From NCBI GenBank assembly GCA_973851085.1, contig OZ316776.1, positions 12,090,001 to 12,154,000 on the forward strand: 64,000 nt of DNA, read 5' to 3'. The position numbers and the translations under genes were made by a program. Every line of letters starts with the position of its first letter. Within the stretch, counting starts at the first letter, position 1. The notes under the pieces were generated by a model, which had not been told where the DNA came from, did no database searches, and was given only the letters and a program-made list of their open reading frames with translations. This DNA is from Ptychomitrium polyphyllum. Lineage: Eukaryota. This document shows, piece by piece, positions 27,969-41,175 of the stretch.

Positions 27969-30428
27969 AAATGATAATTTATTATAGTTAATATCAAAAA
28001 CTTTGAAGCAATTAAATATTCAAAAGTTTAGTATTTATTCAAAAGATGTATATAAGGATCATGTCTCTAATTTGCAAATTCTTGTGCAAGACTTAAAATA
28101 AAACATAGATTGAAGCTTGATGCAAATTTAATCATTTCATTGATTATTTCCATAATGATTTGAGAAATATTTGGTGACATTCAAAGTTGGAACTTGGACG
28201 TTACCTATAAAGAGTGAATAAACAAGCAAGGCATTGAAAAACAAAATTCAAATAGTAGTTTAGGTAGGCCAATCCATAACCATGGTTTTTTTGCATATCC
28301 ATGACTTTGTGGAAATTCTAGGAAATCTTAGCAAGGCATAGATATGATTACAAGAGCGTACCACTCTAAACATTAAACTTTAAGTTGTAATACTAAGTCA
28401 ACCTATGTTATATACTTTGGAATTCTTTATTTCTTAACACATATGTTCTAATAATTAATTTCATGTTTTTATCAATAAAAACATATGCTGAAATACTTTA
28501 AATTAATTATTATATATTGTTCTTATTTAGATTCTTAGTCAAATTCCTAGACACCAAAATCCAACTCATTGATTGAAACATACATACATAAATAGGTACA
28601 CACATACATACACACACATATACACATATATATACCTATGTATGTATATATGTGTGTATGTATACAATAAAATAAATTGCCAACAACTCTTAATATGGTA
28701 TAGATTAATCAACGCTTCCTTATATAATCTTAGTCACAACAAATCTTAGTTCAATTTAAATTTTATTTTCCAAAGAAGAAGATAGTAAAATCTTGTCCAT
28801 CCATCTACAAGCTCTTTGAAGTTATTTTGACCAACACTTATCTTTTTTTTAATGAAGGCGATGAAATCTACTAAAAATTAAAGGCTAAAGGCAAAAATAA
28901 TATGTAATTTATATATTGATAAGGGTGTTGATTTAATTGGGATGGAAAATAAGATACTTTCTTGCTTTAGATTTAAAATAAAATGTATACCATCTAATTG
29001 ATGACATCACTATCATTTCCACAATAGTAGAAATATCATAAAAACATGTCTTAGCATTAGTTCATGCATGATTAAAAGAACGCCAAGACAATAAAGAACA
29101 CATTTAGAATTTGAATTCAATCAGCTATGTTGTTGACATAAAAAAACCAATATTAAATTAATTATCTATTAAATAATAAAGAACTTTTCTATTATAGAGG
29201 CAATTAATTTTATGTATTTTAGTCTTAAGGAATATTTGTATATTTTCTTGCAATACCAACTAATTCAATATACTTAAAGATTCAACAATTGGTATAAATT
29301 AATTAAATAAAATTGCCAAAATTATTGATGGAAATTCAAAGTTTTAAATCAATTATTACATGAGGTTTTTGATACTTAAGTGCTTTCTATAGGATACTTG
29401 AGTAACAATTGGATGGATATATTTTTTGAATTAGTTGCCTCTAAAAATATTAGATATTATACCAATTATTTTGAAAATCAACATTTAATGGCTCAATTTT
29501 TTTTAAGTCTTTAAATCCTTAACTTCCAAGATATCAATGTTTACATTCACACTTTCACGTGAAACATCTTCTATTTCTTAAGTGGTTTGAGGGATATAAA
29601 ATGCTTTTATTAGGACTTTGAATGGCTAACATTTAATGGTTAATTTAATGTTATTGGATTTAAAAGATACTAGAAATTATATTATATATGATCCTATGGA
29701 TTTGCAATGACAATTTAGTATTTTAGTTCTATGAAGAATAAATATTCACCTATTTTTTATTAGTTTTATAATAAAAATTTAGGAAATCATCCAAGAATGG
29801 AAAACTATAAAGTAAAAAACAAAACAACATGCATGCAATGGTTTTTGGCTTGATGATTCAAGTTCTAGATTAAAAAACATTCATAATTCTTGTAAAGGTA
29901 ATCATTATAACATTCCTTAATATTATATGATGTTGTGTACTTGGTTGTATATTTGTGACATACAGTTTCACCATATGGGATTTAAAAATGGTTTTAAAAG
30001 GGTTTCAACAACAGGCATATTACATATGTAAAGTTTGCATAAGGATTACAATGAATAATAAAATTTTCTCCATACATAATATGGGTATGAAATGGCGTGA
30101 TGCTCAAAAGCTGTACATTACACATACTTAAAATCTAAAATTGGTTTTAGATTTTATATCCTAAAGTGGGCGTTATTTAATTTTATAGCCATCCATGATC
30201 CCAAAAGTTGTGTTTTTGTTCAATTGTGAAATATTGTGGCTCCTAAAGTATCTCAAATCATATGAATTTCCTAAGTAACACACACACATATTAGTATTTT
30301 CAAACAATTAAAATTCCTCCAAACAATGTGGCCGATACTGTAGAATAAAGAGTGTACTACTCAACTGCAATTTGCATTTGCATTTGCATTTGCATTTTGT
30401 TGAGTCACTTTGTAAAATCCGTGAGCAG

Positions 30429-30506
30429 AACTTTTATATGATACATAATATGGGTATTAAACATGATAACTTTTATATGATACATAATATGGGTATTAAA
30501 CATGAT
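30429..30506. repeat. 39-bp tandem duplication
   Basis: AACTTTTATATGATACATAATATGGGTATTAAACATGAT occurs twice. Confidence 0.9.
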
Positions 30507-30508
30507 TA

Positions 30509-30555
<47 letters not shown>

Positions 30556-30556
30556 T

Positions 30557-30656
30557 NNNNNNNNNNNNNNNNNNNNNNNNNNNNNNNNNNNNNNNNNNNN
30601 NNNNNNNNNNNNNNNNNNNNNNNNNNNNNNNNNNNNNNNNNNNNNNNNNNNNNNNN
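30557..30656. other. Assembly gap (100 N) directly after a (TA)n run
   Basis: 100 consecutive N; true gap size unknown. Confidence 1.
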
Positions 30657-33081
30657 TACAATGGATGTGCAATATTAAAATCTCAAATTTATAAATCTTG
30701 TAATAGACTTGTTGTAGATGTGGATCAAACTTGAAGTTGTGTGACTTCATGGATTAAAAAACCATAATCCTTTAGTCTTAAAAAATTGTTTAAAATTTGG
30801 CTTATGGCACTTTGGAATAAAAATTTCAGTAGTAATTAAATTTCAATGTTTTAAATCATTTAAAAATGTATTAGTACAAAAAAAGATTCAAGAAGCATAA
30901 TGTATTCAAAAATGGCCTTGCAAGGTCAAAAATGGCTTAAACTTTCTAAAGTAAACTTCTCCAAATCCAAGCCTTATAGTAGCAAAATGCTTGCTAAGTT
31001 ATAACAACACCTTTGATTGTTGAAAGAAATCTATTGAAGCAATTTATTAAATTTTTTCATCCAAATTAACATAATTTGTAAGTTTACACCCTTAGAAGTT
31101 AGAGGACATTGGGATATTTTTAGAATCATGTAAAAAAAAAATATGAATCTTGAAGTGCTAATAACAAAGATGTTGAATTTCAAGTTTTATATTAAAAATT
31201 GTTCAATTTTCAATCACATTTTATGTTTTTTTAATATTTCAACCAAAAAAATATCAAAAATCCATTTTTATTCATTTATGAAGAGTGTACATCTTGTGCA
31301 CTACACATGTCAAAACCCTGCTCAAAGAATTTAGTTTTATCATCTTTTGATGTCAATCGCTCACAAAATAGGTAGTATCATATATTTGTTGCAGAGTACT
31401 GTACACTCCTCTATACATAATCCTAGGAATCTATGATACTTTCATCTTAAACCTTTTCCATGCAAATGGATGTCTCAACTTACTCTACTAGAATAAAAAC
31501 AGTACAATAGACAAGCAGGGGCACCATACTGGACAAAGTCTGTAGAGTACCTGCAGCTCAAATAGGCTACAATGCAATGCAAGTTCTCATGGAGCTTGTG
31601 GTTCATGTTGTTGCAGAATAATATCCACTCTTGTTTGCACAAAGCACACAAGATACCATGGAGGAGACTCTGGACAGGATGAGAAACTGAAAGGATGATA
31701 GCCACCATCCTGGACTGAGCGGCCTAAGGCCCAGAAGGCTCAATTTTTGAGAAATTTTGCATGTTGGAAGGGAAGCTGGTGAGACATGCACTGGTAGAAG
31801 TTTTACTTGAATGAGAACCTCTAATGGAGGATCTTGTGTTCTTACTTGTCATACATCTGTTGGAGCAACTGAGAATTGGACTAGGGAGACCATTGTCATT
31901 GAGAGATTTCGAAGCATTATTGACTAAATGTCCAGTTATTCCCTGTTCTCTGGCCTGTGGAAGGCTGTTTCCAAAATTTCACATTCCCAATTCTGCAATT
32001 TCCAACTTACTTTGCAACTTACCTACAGATTCTGAAAAATAAACAATAGCAGATGACAAAGTTGGTTGAATTCAATGGTTGGTGTTGGAGGGAAAGCTTT
32101 GACATGTTAACTTCTAACAACAGCAGCTGCTGCTTTTGTTGAAACAAGTTGGCTAAGCATTTCATTGCACGTGTTTCATTACATTTTTAAAGGCCCAAAT
32201 TTCTAAAACTGGTATAGAATGACAATAAAGTGATGCATCATACCATGTAATCACCCTATTAAAGGATACCAACAAAAATCTTCCATTACTTTGGTTTCCA
32301 TCCCATCAAATTTAGATGCAAATATGCCTTTGCTTTTTTGGAAATCAATGGGAGATATTAGTTGTTTCAAGAGACTTTATGCAACAAGAAAACATAGTGG
32401 GTAAATTTCGTCAAAAATTAATTTTTAACTTAGGAAATTTCAAAAAAGAGTTACTCCCTTCAATGGCATTGAACAGTGGCAACTTTCTGCAATAATGAAG
32501 CAATATCAGAGTCTAAATCTCATTAAAAGGAAGGTTGCACTATTAAAGACACCTACGTGGGCTTCGTTTTACACAAACCCTATTTCCTAGGCTATTCCCT
32601 CCACCTCCCTGCACACATTCTCCCACTCCCTTTTTCCTTGCCTGCACTTTCCGTCATCCTTCCTCCAAGCCCTGAACACCTTCATTAAAACTCAATTCTG
32701 TAAAATTATTTGTGTTAGAATGAGGTTCAGTTACATCCTTGAGTATAGAGCTCTCATGCCACAAAGAAAGTTCCACAGCATCAGAAAATGCTACTTCCCA
32801 TTCAAAACAAGGAAGGCTTCCCATGAATGCTTGATATGTTCTTCCCCCTCTTCCTCCACTCCACGAAGGCAGACCACAAAAAACTGTTGTTTCTGGTAGT
32901 AGCCACTTATCATGTTGTTTGTAGTATAAAAACTCCAAAAAAATGTTCCGTCATTCATTCATTTATTTATTTATATTTGATTAAATGATGACCTTAAGTT
33001 AATATTTTGATTAACTCAATTAGAAACATAAAAAGAAGAGGCATTTTACCCAATCTTTTATCCAACTTTTGACCTCTGAAA

Positions 33082-33160
33082 TGTATTATATTTAAATGGT
33101 ATAGTGTTTTTTAGGTTTTTGTATTATATTTAAATGGTATAGTGTTTTTTAGGTTTTTGT
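33082..33160. repeat. ~38-bp tandem duplication inside a dispersed AT-rich repeat
   Basis: TGTATTATATTTAAATGGTATAGTGTTTTTTAGGTTTT occurs twice. Confidence 0.85.
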
Positions 33161-36100
33161 ACATAGTACAACAAAAAAACCTTCTAGTTTTGTCACGTCT
33201 CTTTGTCTATCTACTTGCACATATCATATTTTAATAATATCCATTGAAAAGATTAAAATCCTAATTATTAGAAGTTTCAATTTAACAATAATTGTATAAA
33301 AACCTACATCAATTACCGTCACAACCTTATTTTTCATAGTTGAGTATTTTTTGATTTCTTTGAAAGCTATGGTCTTAGAGCTTTAGTGCAGGAGTGGAAG
33401 TTATAAATGAATAGATAATGACAACAATGTCTGTTTATAGATTTTTTCACAAATTGCCATAAACATTTTTTTGTTATATTTTTAAAAAAACTCTATTTTT
33501 GTACAAAGAATTAAAAAAAATCATTGTACTTTAAAAGGCTTATAACATGGAAGAATATATTACATTCCAACATCAACATTGGATTTAGTTATTATTGATT
33601 GTTGTCATCATCATGGTTTATTTTATAAATTAGAATGAAAGAATTCTTGTTAGAAATATTGAAGTTAGTAATGACTCTTCTTATGACATGATTTCCATGA
33701 ATCAAAACTCTATCCAATCTCATGCATCAAAATCCAACTCCATTTCTTTGTATAGAGAGCTATTTTCTTCTTTCTTCCTTTCTATTTAAAAATTAGTTTT
33801 GAAAGCCCTCTCTCTTCTCCCAATTTAATTTGAAGTTTTAAGTTTTATTTTTTTGTAACTCTTTCTACATGGTTTCTATACATTAGACCTTTCTATTGTC
33901 CAAATAAAAAATTTGGTATGTTCTTTCATAATTGTTGGTACACAAAAAAGATAATTGACACAATAATCTTCCACATTTAGTGGTGTGAAGTTAAGAGTAG
34001 GTTTCTTAAGAACCTACTACTTCAAATAAACCTTAAAGAATGTTATAACTATTTTTACATACTAGGAATGCCTTTGTAAGGTTTATTTATTTTAATATAT
34101 ATATTATAACAAGGGAACAAAAAGATGTTACTCAATCCAACCAAAAGTAGAGCCCCACTTTGAGAGGTAAAAATTTGTTTTAAAAAAAAAATAAAAATCT
34201 TTCCTTTGATGCACAACAACCATAATCACAAGCTAAAATACATAGGCTCAAGCTTAAAACCTAACTAAAGAGGCCAGAATTGAGTCTGGAATAACCTAGT
34301 TCATGCAAAAGGCTGTTGTAAGTCCCCAGAAAATCCCTTCGTGTCGGGCAGCATTCAACCAGTTTGCTTTTGCAAGATTTTATCATTATGAAGAATGAAA
34401 CAACAAAGCAACGGTGAAGAATGATGGGGGCTCAAAGCTGAAATGTTATTATTATAAAAACAAATGAAATAAAATTAGAAACATAATAATGATAATTATG
34501 AATAAATAAAATTAAAAAGAGAAAGAAGAAGAAGAATGGTGATTGCAATGCCTTCATTATTTAAAGAGATGGTAATAGGAGGATCACTGATGATTCATAC
34601 ATGAGATTCAAGTTATTATATATAAATGGCACCTGACTTTTGCCTTGCATAGAAAAATTATAATAATGTGGTGTAAGGTGCAGAACTAACCTGCTGTGTA
34701 GCCACTATGACATCCATTATTAATTTACATGTGTTGGTGATTCATCAGTAAGATTTTCAGGAGACAGGTAAATTCAGGATGAGACTGGGCAGACAAAAAC
34801 CCAGTCCTTGGGCTGTGAGAGCGCCAGAATCACTGGGTATCAGAAAATTATATGCTTTACTACTTAGAACAGAAGCCTTGCTTAAACAGTGCTAGGATTT
34901 GCAGTCCTGGACTTCACAAGAGAGGAAAACATGGGGCCTAAACCATGGGTATATCTGGTACTGGCAGCTTCATTTCAGTTCCAAATAAGGCACGCAACTC
35001 TCCTAGAAATGCAACATTAGCGTAAATGCAAAGGGCCAGCTCCTGCATTATAACAATGATACCATTCCTCAACTTATAGTTGTTCTTTTACTCAAGGGGC
35101 TTCCATCATCTGTGGTGGAAATAGACTTCTACCCTTACTGTCAAGCTGGGCAATGTGGTTTTGGACCCAACTTGATGGGATTATTAGAGTTATTCAAGAA
35201 GTTGGCCTAAAAAAGAAGGGATTTCTAAACTAAAGGTAAAATCCATATGAATGTTTAAAAATTTGCAAAAACTAGTGGAAAGACATGCTAAAGTAAGCTC
35301 CTGCCACCAAGTTCTCTAAATTCTCCCATACTTATGATGCTTAAATCCATGTTTGTAAAGGAGACAATGAATATTAAAGGCATGATTATAGTTGCTGCAC
35401 TTTAGTACACATGCTATTCAAAACAAACAAGCTAGAAAATTAGGGCAAATTTGAGCATAAAACTGATCAAAACTGAGCCTACTTCTGAGCTTCATTTATT
35501 ATTTTATGACACTTCTTGATAAAGACTATGTGCTTTTTGTTCATATTTTAGAAATTTATTAAATATATTAGTAAATAATTTGTTTTAGAGGTTTTTGAAT
35601 TTCACCTCTTTTTCGAATCCATGAATCTTCAATGACATTCTACTGTACTCAATTGATTTTGATAATAACCTTCACTATATTCTTGAGCATCCTTTTCCAA
35701 ATGGATCATTTCATCATCACAGGTATGATTTCTATAATACAATAAAATAAAATTCATCTTGTATTATTATAAAGTAAAACTTATAGGAAATTTTCAATAG
35801 AAGGTCCTTGGAGCTTTGGAAGATTTTTAGATCTATAAAAGGATCTTAAAGCTTTGGAAGATTTTTGGATCTTTGGATAATAGTGGAGGTATGGAAAGTG
35901 CTTGGATTTGAGGAAGGTTCTTGGATCTATGTCTAACATTTGTATTTTTGTGACAATACCATGTTTTAATAAAAACATTAATAATAGCCTTAAATGATCA
36001 ATATAGGTGAATTTTTTTTTCTACTACATCATGGATATATACTTATAAGACATAAAAGGTATCTTTCTCTACAATACTCAAGTTTTTGGAATTAATAATT

Positions 36101-37996
36101 AGAAAATTTTAAAAAATTAAGTAGTTGAAAAAGATACAATTATTACAAAAGGCACAAAAGAATTCCATTATGTATTTTTTATATAATTTAATCTAATGAC
36201 ACATTTTTTAAAATAACAAATCTTTTGCTAAACTACTACAAATTAAATGATATGTAGTAGAAGATTATGAAGTCTTTTTAATGCCTCCAATTTGATAATG
36301 TAGCTATTTTGATTAAATAACATATATAGGATCATTTTTCTTAAAGTAACAAATGAGGGTGAGAGATAAAATTACTAAAATTATGTATTTTAATTATATA
36401 ATTTATCCACAATAAAATTTAAAATATAAAATTTAAGTACCTCCTTGCATGCAATCATTGATTAACTTATAATAAATTTAATATCACAAATTTTACAAAA
36501 CCACTTGTTTAGAGAACAACATTTTTATTTCTATTGATATAATAATATAATAATATTCAACACAAATAAATAATTCATAGACCAATAAATCTAACTTTAT
36601 TAAATAAAATACCAAAGCTTCAACAAAATATTAATCTCAAATATTTCAAAGATTGTGATAGAACTATTACAAACTTGAGAATTTGATTCTAGCAATCCAG
36701 TTTTTGCAAAAAAAGAGACTTTCAAATAGTCACTGAAATGATGTAGAAGGCCCTAATAGAATACATAGAATACAGTTCATGTTAAAACGGACGTTACAAA
36801 CAAGAAACATCAAAGAAGTTAACAAATTCGTAACAAAAAGCCTTTCTACTTCAAAAAGTACTTAATAGTCATACAGATAAAAAGAAGAAGAGGAGAATCA
36901 CAAGCAAAATATTCTCCAGACATCTTATTCAATCTTTCAAGTTGAAAAAATAGCCTTTGCTGCGAAAAACCACCATGTATATTCTAATTTTTTTTGAAAC
37001 GGAGGGTCTTTCATCTTGAATTGATATTCCAGGATCACAGTAAAGACTAAGGCTAAGCGAGGAATTGAAAGATGTTTGCACTTGGCACCATTGCTGCTAT
37101 TGCCACGTGGGGAAGACATCCAAAAACCAAACCAACGACATCTGGTTTACAATCTGAGATTAATTTCACTGACCACGCTTAAGATCTACCGTTTCCAAGG
37201 AAATGGAACGTAACTTCACCTTCAACCTCTGGCTATCCAAACATGGAAAAATTGATAAAAAAGAAAAACCCCAAACGCTATAACATTTCAAAAGAAGAAC
37301 AGAGTAAAAAACAAAGCGCATACGAAATCCCAATCACATTCTTTGTGTGGGGAGCCTGTAGGTCGTCCGTTCCATAGCCTGCACGAAGGCCTTGAATCGC
37401 TTCAGAAATAAAAGAAAAAAGAAAATATAAATCAGATATGTCCTCTGAGATGATGTCCTCCTATCCAAGGTAACAATTTGGTAATTCCGAAAACTTGCAC
37501 GAGCTTTCGACGTGTTCAGGATCCCAGATACAGGAAACTACGTAACACGCAAATATACATAAATAATTATCTGCAGAATTCGACTTCTGATCACTATTCA
37601 GTCGATCTCGGTAGTGAGTGTTTAGTAAAGCCGAGGAATTGGTGGGTGCGGTTTGCAGGGTTGGTGTTGCGTTATGGTACCAAGGGGTGGCACCATCCAG
37701 GTTCCAGTTGGCACGGAAGACGGAGGGTGCCAGATGGGAGAGGGCGGCTTGACTGCAGAGCGACGCGACGAAATATCAAAAAATAGAAGGGCTGGGAGAG
37801 AATGAGCGACGTAGGGGAATGGGCGACTGGGAGGCCGGTGTTGGGAAATGGGCCGGGGACGCTAAAGTAGGCAAATTGGCAACGAACGGTAATGGAAAAT
37901 GGTGCGTGAATTCTGAGGCAGGGAGGGAGGCAGGGTCGAGGGAGGTGCGGGGCCCTGTGACACACTTGCTCGCGGCCCTGGCAGCCCAAGCTCGCA

Positions 37997-38004
37997 TATT
38001 TATA
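37997..38004 (+). promoter_or_regulatory. Putative TATA box of AGPase copy 1 (mirror at 63600-63607, minus strand)
   Basis: Isolated TATTTATA in GC-rich sequence ~820 bp upstream of the ATG, ahead of a plausible spliced 5'UTR. Confidence 0.55.
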
Positions 38005-38375
38005 GAACAGGGAGTGGCGCAGTGGAGGACCACAGCGAGCACTGAGCAGCGACTCCCACCGATCGCGATTGAACCACCAGCGTCGTAGAACACTGAGCTT
38101 AGCATTGCAGTGAGCGCGGAGCTCACATCACAGTTCATCCCGAGTCCCTCACAACGCAAGCCCATTAGAGCGCCGGAATTCGCACGAGGAGAGCGTGCGG
38201 GCATTTGCAGCGAGATTGAGGAAGGATCGAGCGTCCAGCGTACCCGGCGTTTTCCCTTTATCCGTCGACATTACTGTTGTCCTAGAGTGCCTGTCGGAGA
38301 GGCGTCTCCCTGCAGCCAGCAGCCTCGAGGAGTCTCGCTTCGGTTGCGTGCACCACCAAAGCCCGCAGTTCTAAG

Positions 38376-38731
38376 GTGCGTGGAGTTGAGAGATTGTGTT
38401 TGGTAGCGTGGTGGTTGTGGAACTGGTCGTGGTGTGGTCTGTGGAGTCGAGTGGGTGGTTGTGAGGTATCGGCGATGAGCATGGCTCCGGCCATGGCATT
38501 GACGATCGACGGTTCCAGTTGCTTTGTTTATGGGAATTCTTTGCTGGAGACGGTGTTTTGCTTGCGGTGCATGCAATGCATGGACGCCAGGATTGGGAGA
38601 GGTTGGTTCTCTTTCGATGGAGTCGATTTGAGGCTTCGCCTTCTGCGATCCGCCATGGTGTTTTCCATTGAGGTGGTTGCACGATCGAGGCGGGAGTTTC
38701 TGAGGCGTTTCGTTTGGCTTGCTCTGTGCAG
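38376..38731 (+). other. Putative 5'UTR intron of AGPase copy 1 (mirror 62873-63228)
   Basis: Donor AAG|GTGCGT, T/G-rich interior, acceptor CTCTGTGCAG|G, ending 88 nt before the ATG. Confidence 0.65.
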
Positions 38732-38819
38732 GTTTGTGGAGCTCCTTCGCAGAGAGGCGCGTTGGCAGGCCGCCGAGCAGTAGATCGCGCGACAGGAGCA
38801 GAGTGAGAACTTCGCTGCA

Positions 38820-41175
38820 ATGGCAGCAGCAGGCATGTTCGCCTCCACCAGCTACTGCGCCGCCGCCAGCAGGCCCGCTCGCTTCAGCCATGAAGCTCTG
38901 GCTTCTGGCTTGAAGGGCGAGAAGAGCCTGTCCTCCGCGGGGTTCAAGGGCGACAGCTTGGCTCTCAAGGCCAATGTCTGCCCCAAACCCACCGCCGCCC
39001 GAACCAAGAGCAGCACCGTCGAGGTCTCCGCCGTCCTGGCCGAACGCCCCATGGAGACCCTGGTGATCACCCCACTCACCTCTTGTTTGTCCTCCACTTT
39101 GCGATCAACCCCGCATGCCGGCAGCGGATCTATTCCCTGTTCAGAGAGTAGGAAGAATTGGCGTGGTTTGATGGGGCTGAGGCGCTATGGGTGCAATTCT
39201 ACTTTGGAGCTTGTCTGAGGTCGCATCGCAGGATTTGGATTTAAATGTGGAAGTTGTCGGTTGCAGACTGGGCAGGCAACACGAAAAGAGCAGCACGAGA
39301 GAGCAACGAAGGGGCCGAAAGAGCAGGTGAACATGACGAAGGTGTTCTCTATCATTCTGGGAGGTGGAGCAGGCACGAGGCTCAACCCCCTCACCCTCCG
39401 CCGGGCGAAGCCAGCGGTGAGTATTGGTTCGACTCGATCCAGCTGAGCCGTCTGTAACTAGTTGCAGGGGCCGAGAATCAGCGCTGACGACTGCGGTCAG
39501 GAGGTGTTCGCTCTCCTGGCAAGCTGACATTGGAGCATTGACAGTTTGGACTGATTTTCGTTGGAATCTCGACGCTGAACTGTTGCTTCTGGTCTGTGGA
39601 CAGGTTCCGCTGGGAGGTGGTTACCGACTGATCGATGTGCCCATGAGCAACTGCATCAACAGCGGAATCAACAAAATCTACGTCCTGACGCAGTTCAATT
39701 CTACCTCTCTCAACCGCCACCTTGCTCGCACCTACAACTTCGGAAACGGGTGCAACTTCGGAGACGGGTACGTGGAGGTTTTGGCCGCTGCGCAGAGGCC
39801 TGGCCATGGAGGCGAGAGGTGGTTCGAAGGAACTGCCGACGCCGTGAGACAGTACCTGTGGTTGTTGGAGGATGCCAAGAACAAGGACGTAGAGGATGTT
39901 GTGATTCTATCGGGAGACCACCTGTACCGGATGGATTACCAAGACTTTGTCCAGGTAACCGCCGTCTTCCGCGAACGAGCTGTCTGTTTCGGAATTCAGA
40001 GGTTAAACTCGAGTTCGGTTGAATTCCGATCATCTGTTTTACTGAGGATCTTCGTGCTCTTTGGTGCGAAACGCAGAAGCACAAGGACTCCGGAGCTGAT
40101 GTGACCGTCTCTTGCGTGCCCATGGACGATAGCCGCGCTTCTGACTACGGGTTGATGAAGATCGATGGCAAGGGCAGGATTAACTTCTTCGACGAGAAGC
40201 CCAAGGGAGACGACTTGCAATCTATGGTAAGGGCTCGTTCCGCTGCAGCACTTTCAAGAGGGGATGGCTCGAATTCTTTTGGAAGCCCTCGTTTGGTGCT
40301 GAGCTGATCGCGCTCTTGTGGTTGGTGGTCGTGCAGCAAGTGGACACAGCCGTGCTGGGTCTGTCACCGCAGGAGGCAAAGAAGAAGCCCTACATTGCAT
40401 CCATGGGAATCTACGTGTTCAAGAAAAGCGTCCTGACCAAGCTGTTGAGGTGGCGCTACCCCATGGCCAACGACTTCGGCTCGGAGATCATTCCCCAGGC
40501 AGCCAAGGAGTTCAACGTGCACGCCTACCTGTTCAACGACTACTGGGAAGACATCGGAACCATCAAGTCGTTCTTCGACGCTAACCTGGCTCTGACCGCC
40601 GAGCAGCCCAAGTTCAGCTTCTACGACGCCGTAAAGCCGACCTACACGTCGGCACGGTACCTCCCTCCGACGAAGATCGAGAAGTGCAGGGTGAAGGACT
40701 CTATCGTCTCGCACGGATGCTTCTTGCGGGACTGCAGCGTAGAGAATTCCATCATTGGAATCCGATCGAGGCTCGAGTCCGGGTGCGATGTGAAGCGCGC
40801 CATGGTCATGGGAAACGATTTCTACGAAACGGATCCCGAAGCCGCTGCTCTGCTGGAGGAAGGGAAGGTGCCTCTGGGCATCGGGCAGAACACGAAGCTG
40901 AGGAATTGCATCGTGGACAAGAACGCAAGGATCGGCAACAACGTCGTCATCGCCAACACCGATGTAAGACTGGAAGCTCTTTTCTGCGTCGTCTTCCATT
41001 CCTTCGTGTGGAACCTCGCGCATGGTTTTGCGGTCGCAGAGATTCTGATGGTTGCGTGTTCGATCTTGCGCAGAATGTTTTTGAAGCTGCAAGGCCGGAC
41101 GAAGGCTTCTACATCCGTTCAGGTATCACAGTGATCTGCAAGAACGCTGTCATCAAGCATGGGACCGTGATCTGA
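38820..41175 (+). CDS. APL: ADP-glucose pyrophosphorylase (glucose-1-phosphate adenylyltransferase) large subunit, plastid-targeted, copy 1. Exons 38820-39062, 39267-39416, 39604-39954, 40077-40226, 40337-40963, 41074-41175 (540 aa)
   Basis: GT-AG splicing joins a continuous frame containing [79 protein letters not shown] and the large-subunit-type C-terminus [19 protein letters not shown]. The Ala/Ser-rich N-terminus resembles a transit peptide. Confidence 0.95.

Noticed and set aside
29600..29860. Ulp1-protease-like words (NG*HLMVNLMLLDLKDTRNYIIYDP) in AT-rich DNA
   Set aside because: Too short and degenerate to support without a profile search; possibly a DNA-transposon relic.
30372..30750. 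ORFs spanning the N run
   Set aside because: Artefacts of the assembly gap and the TA microsatellite.
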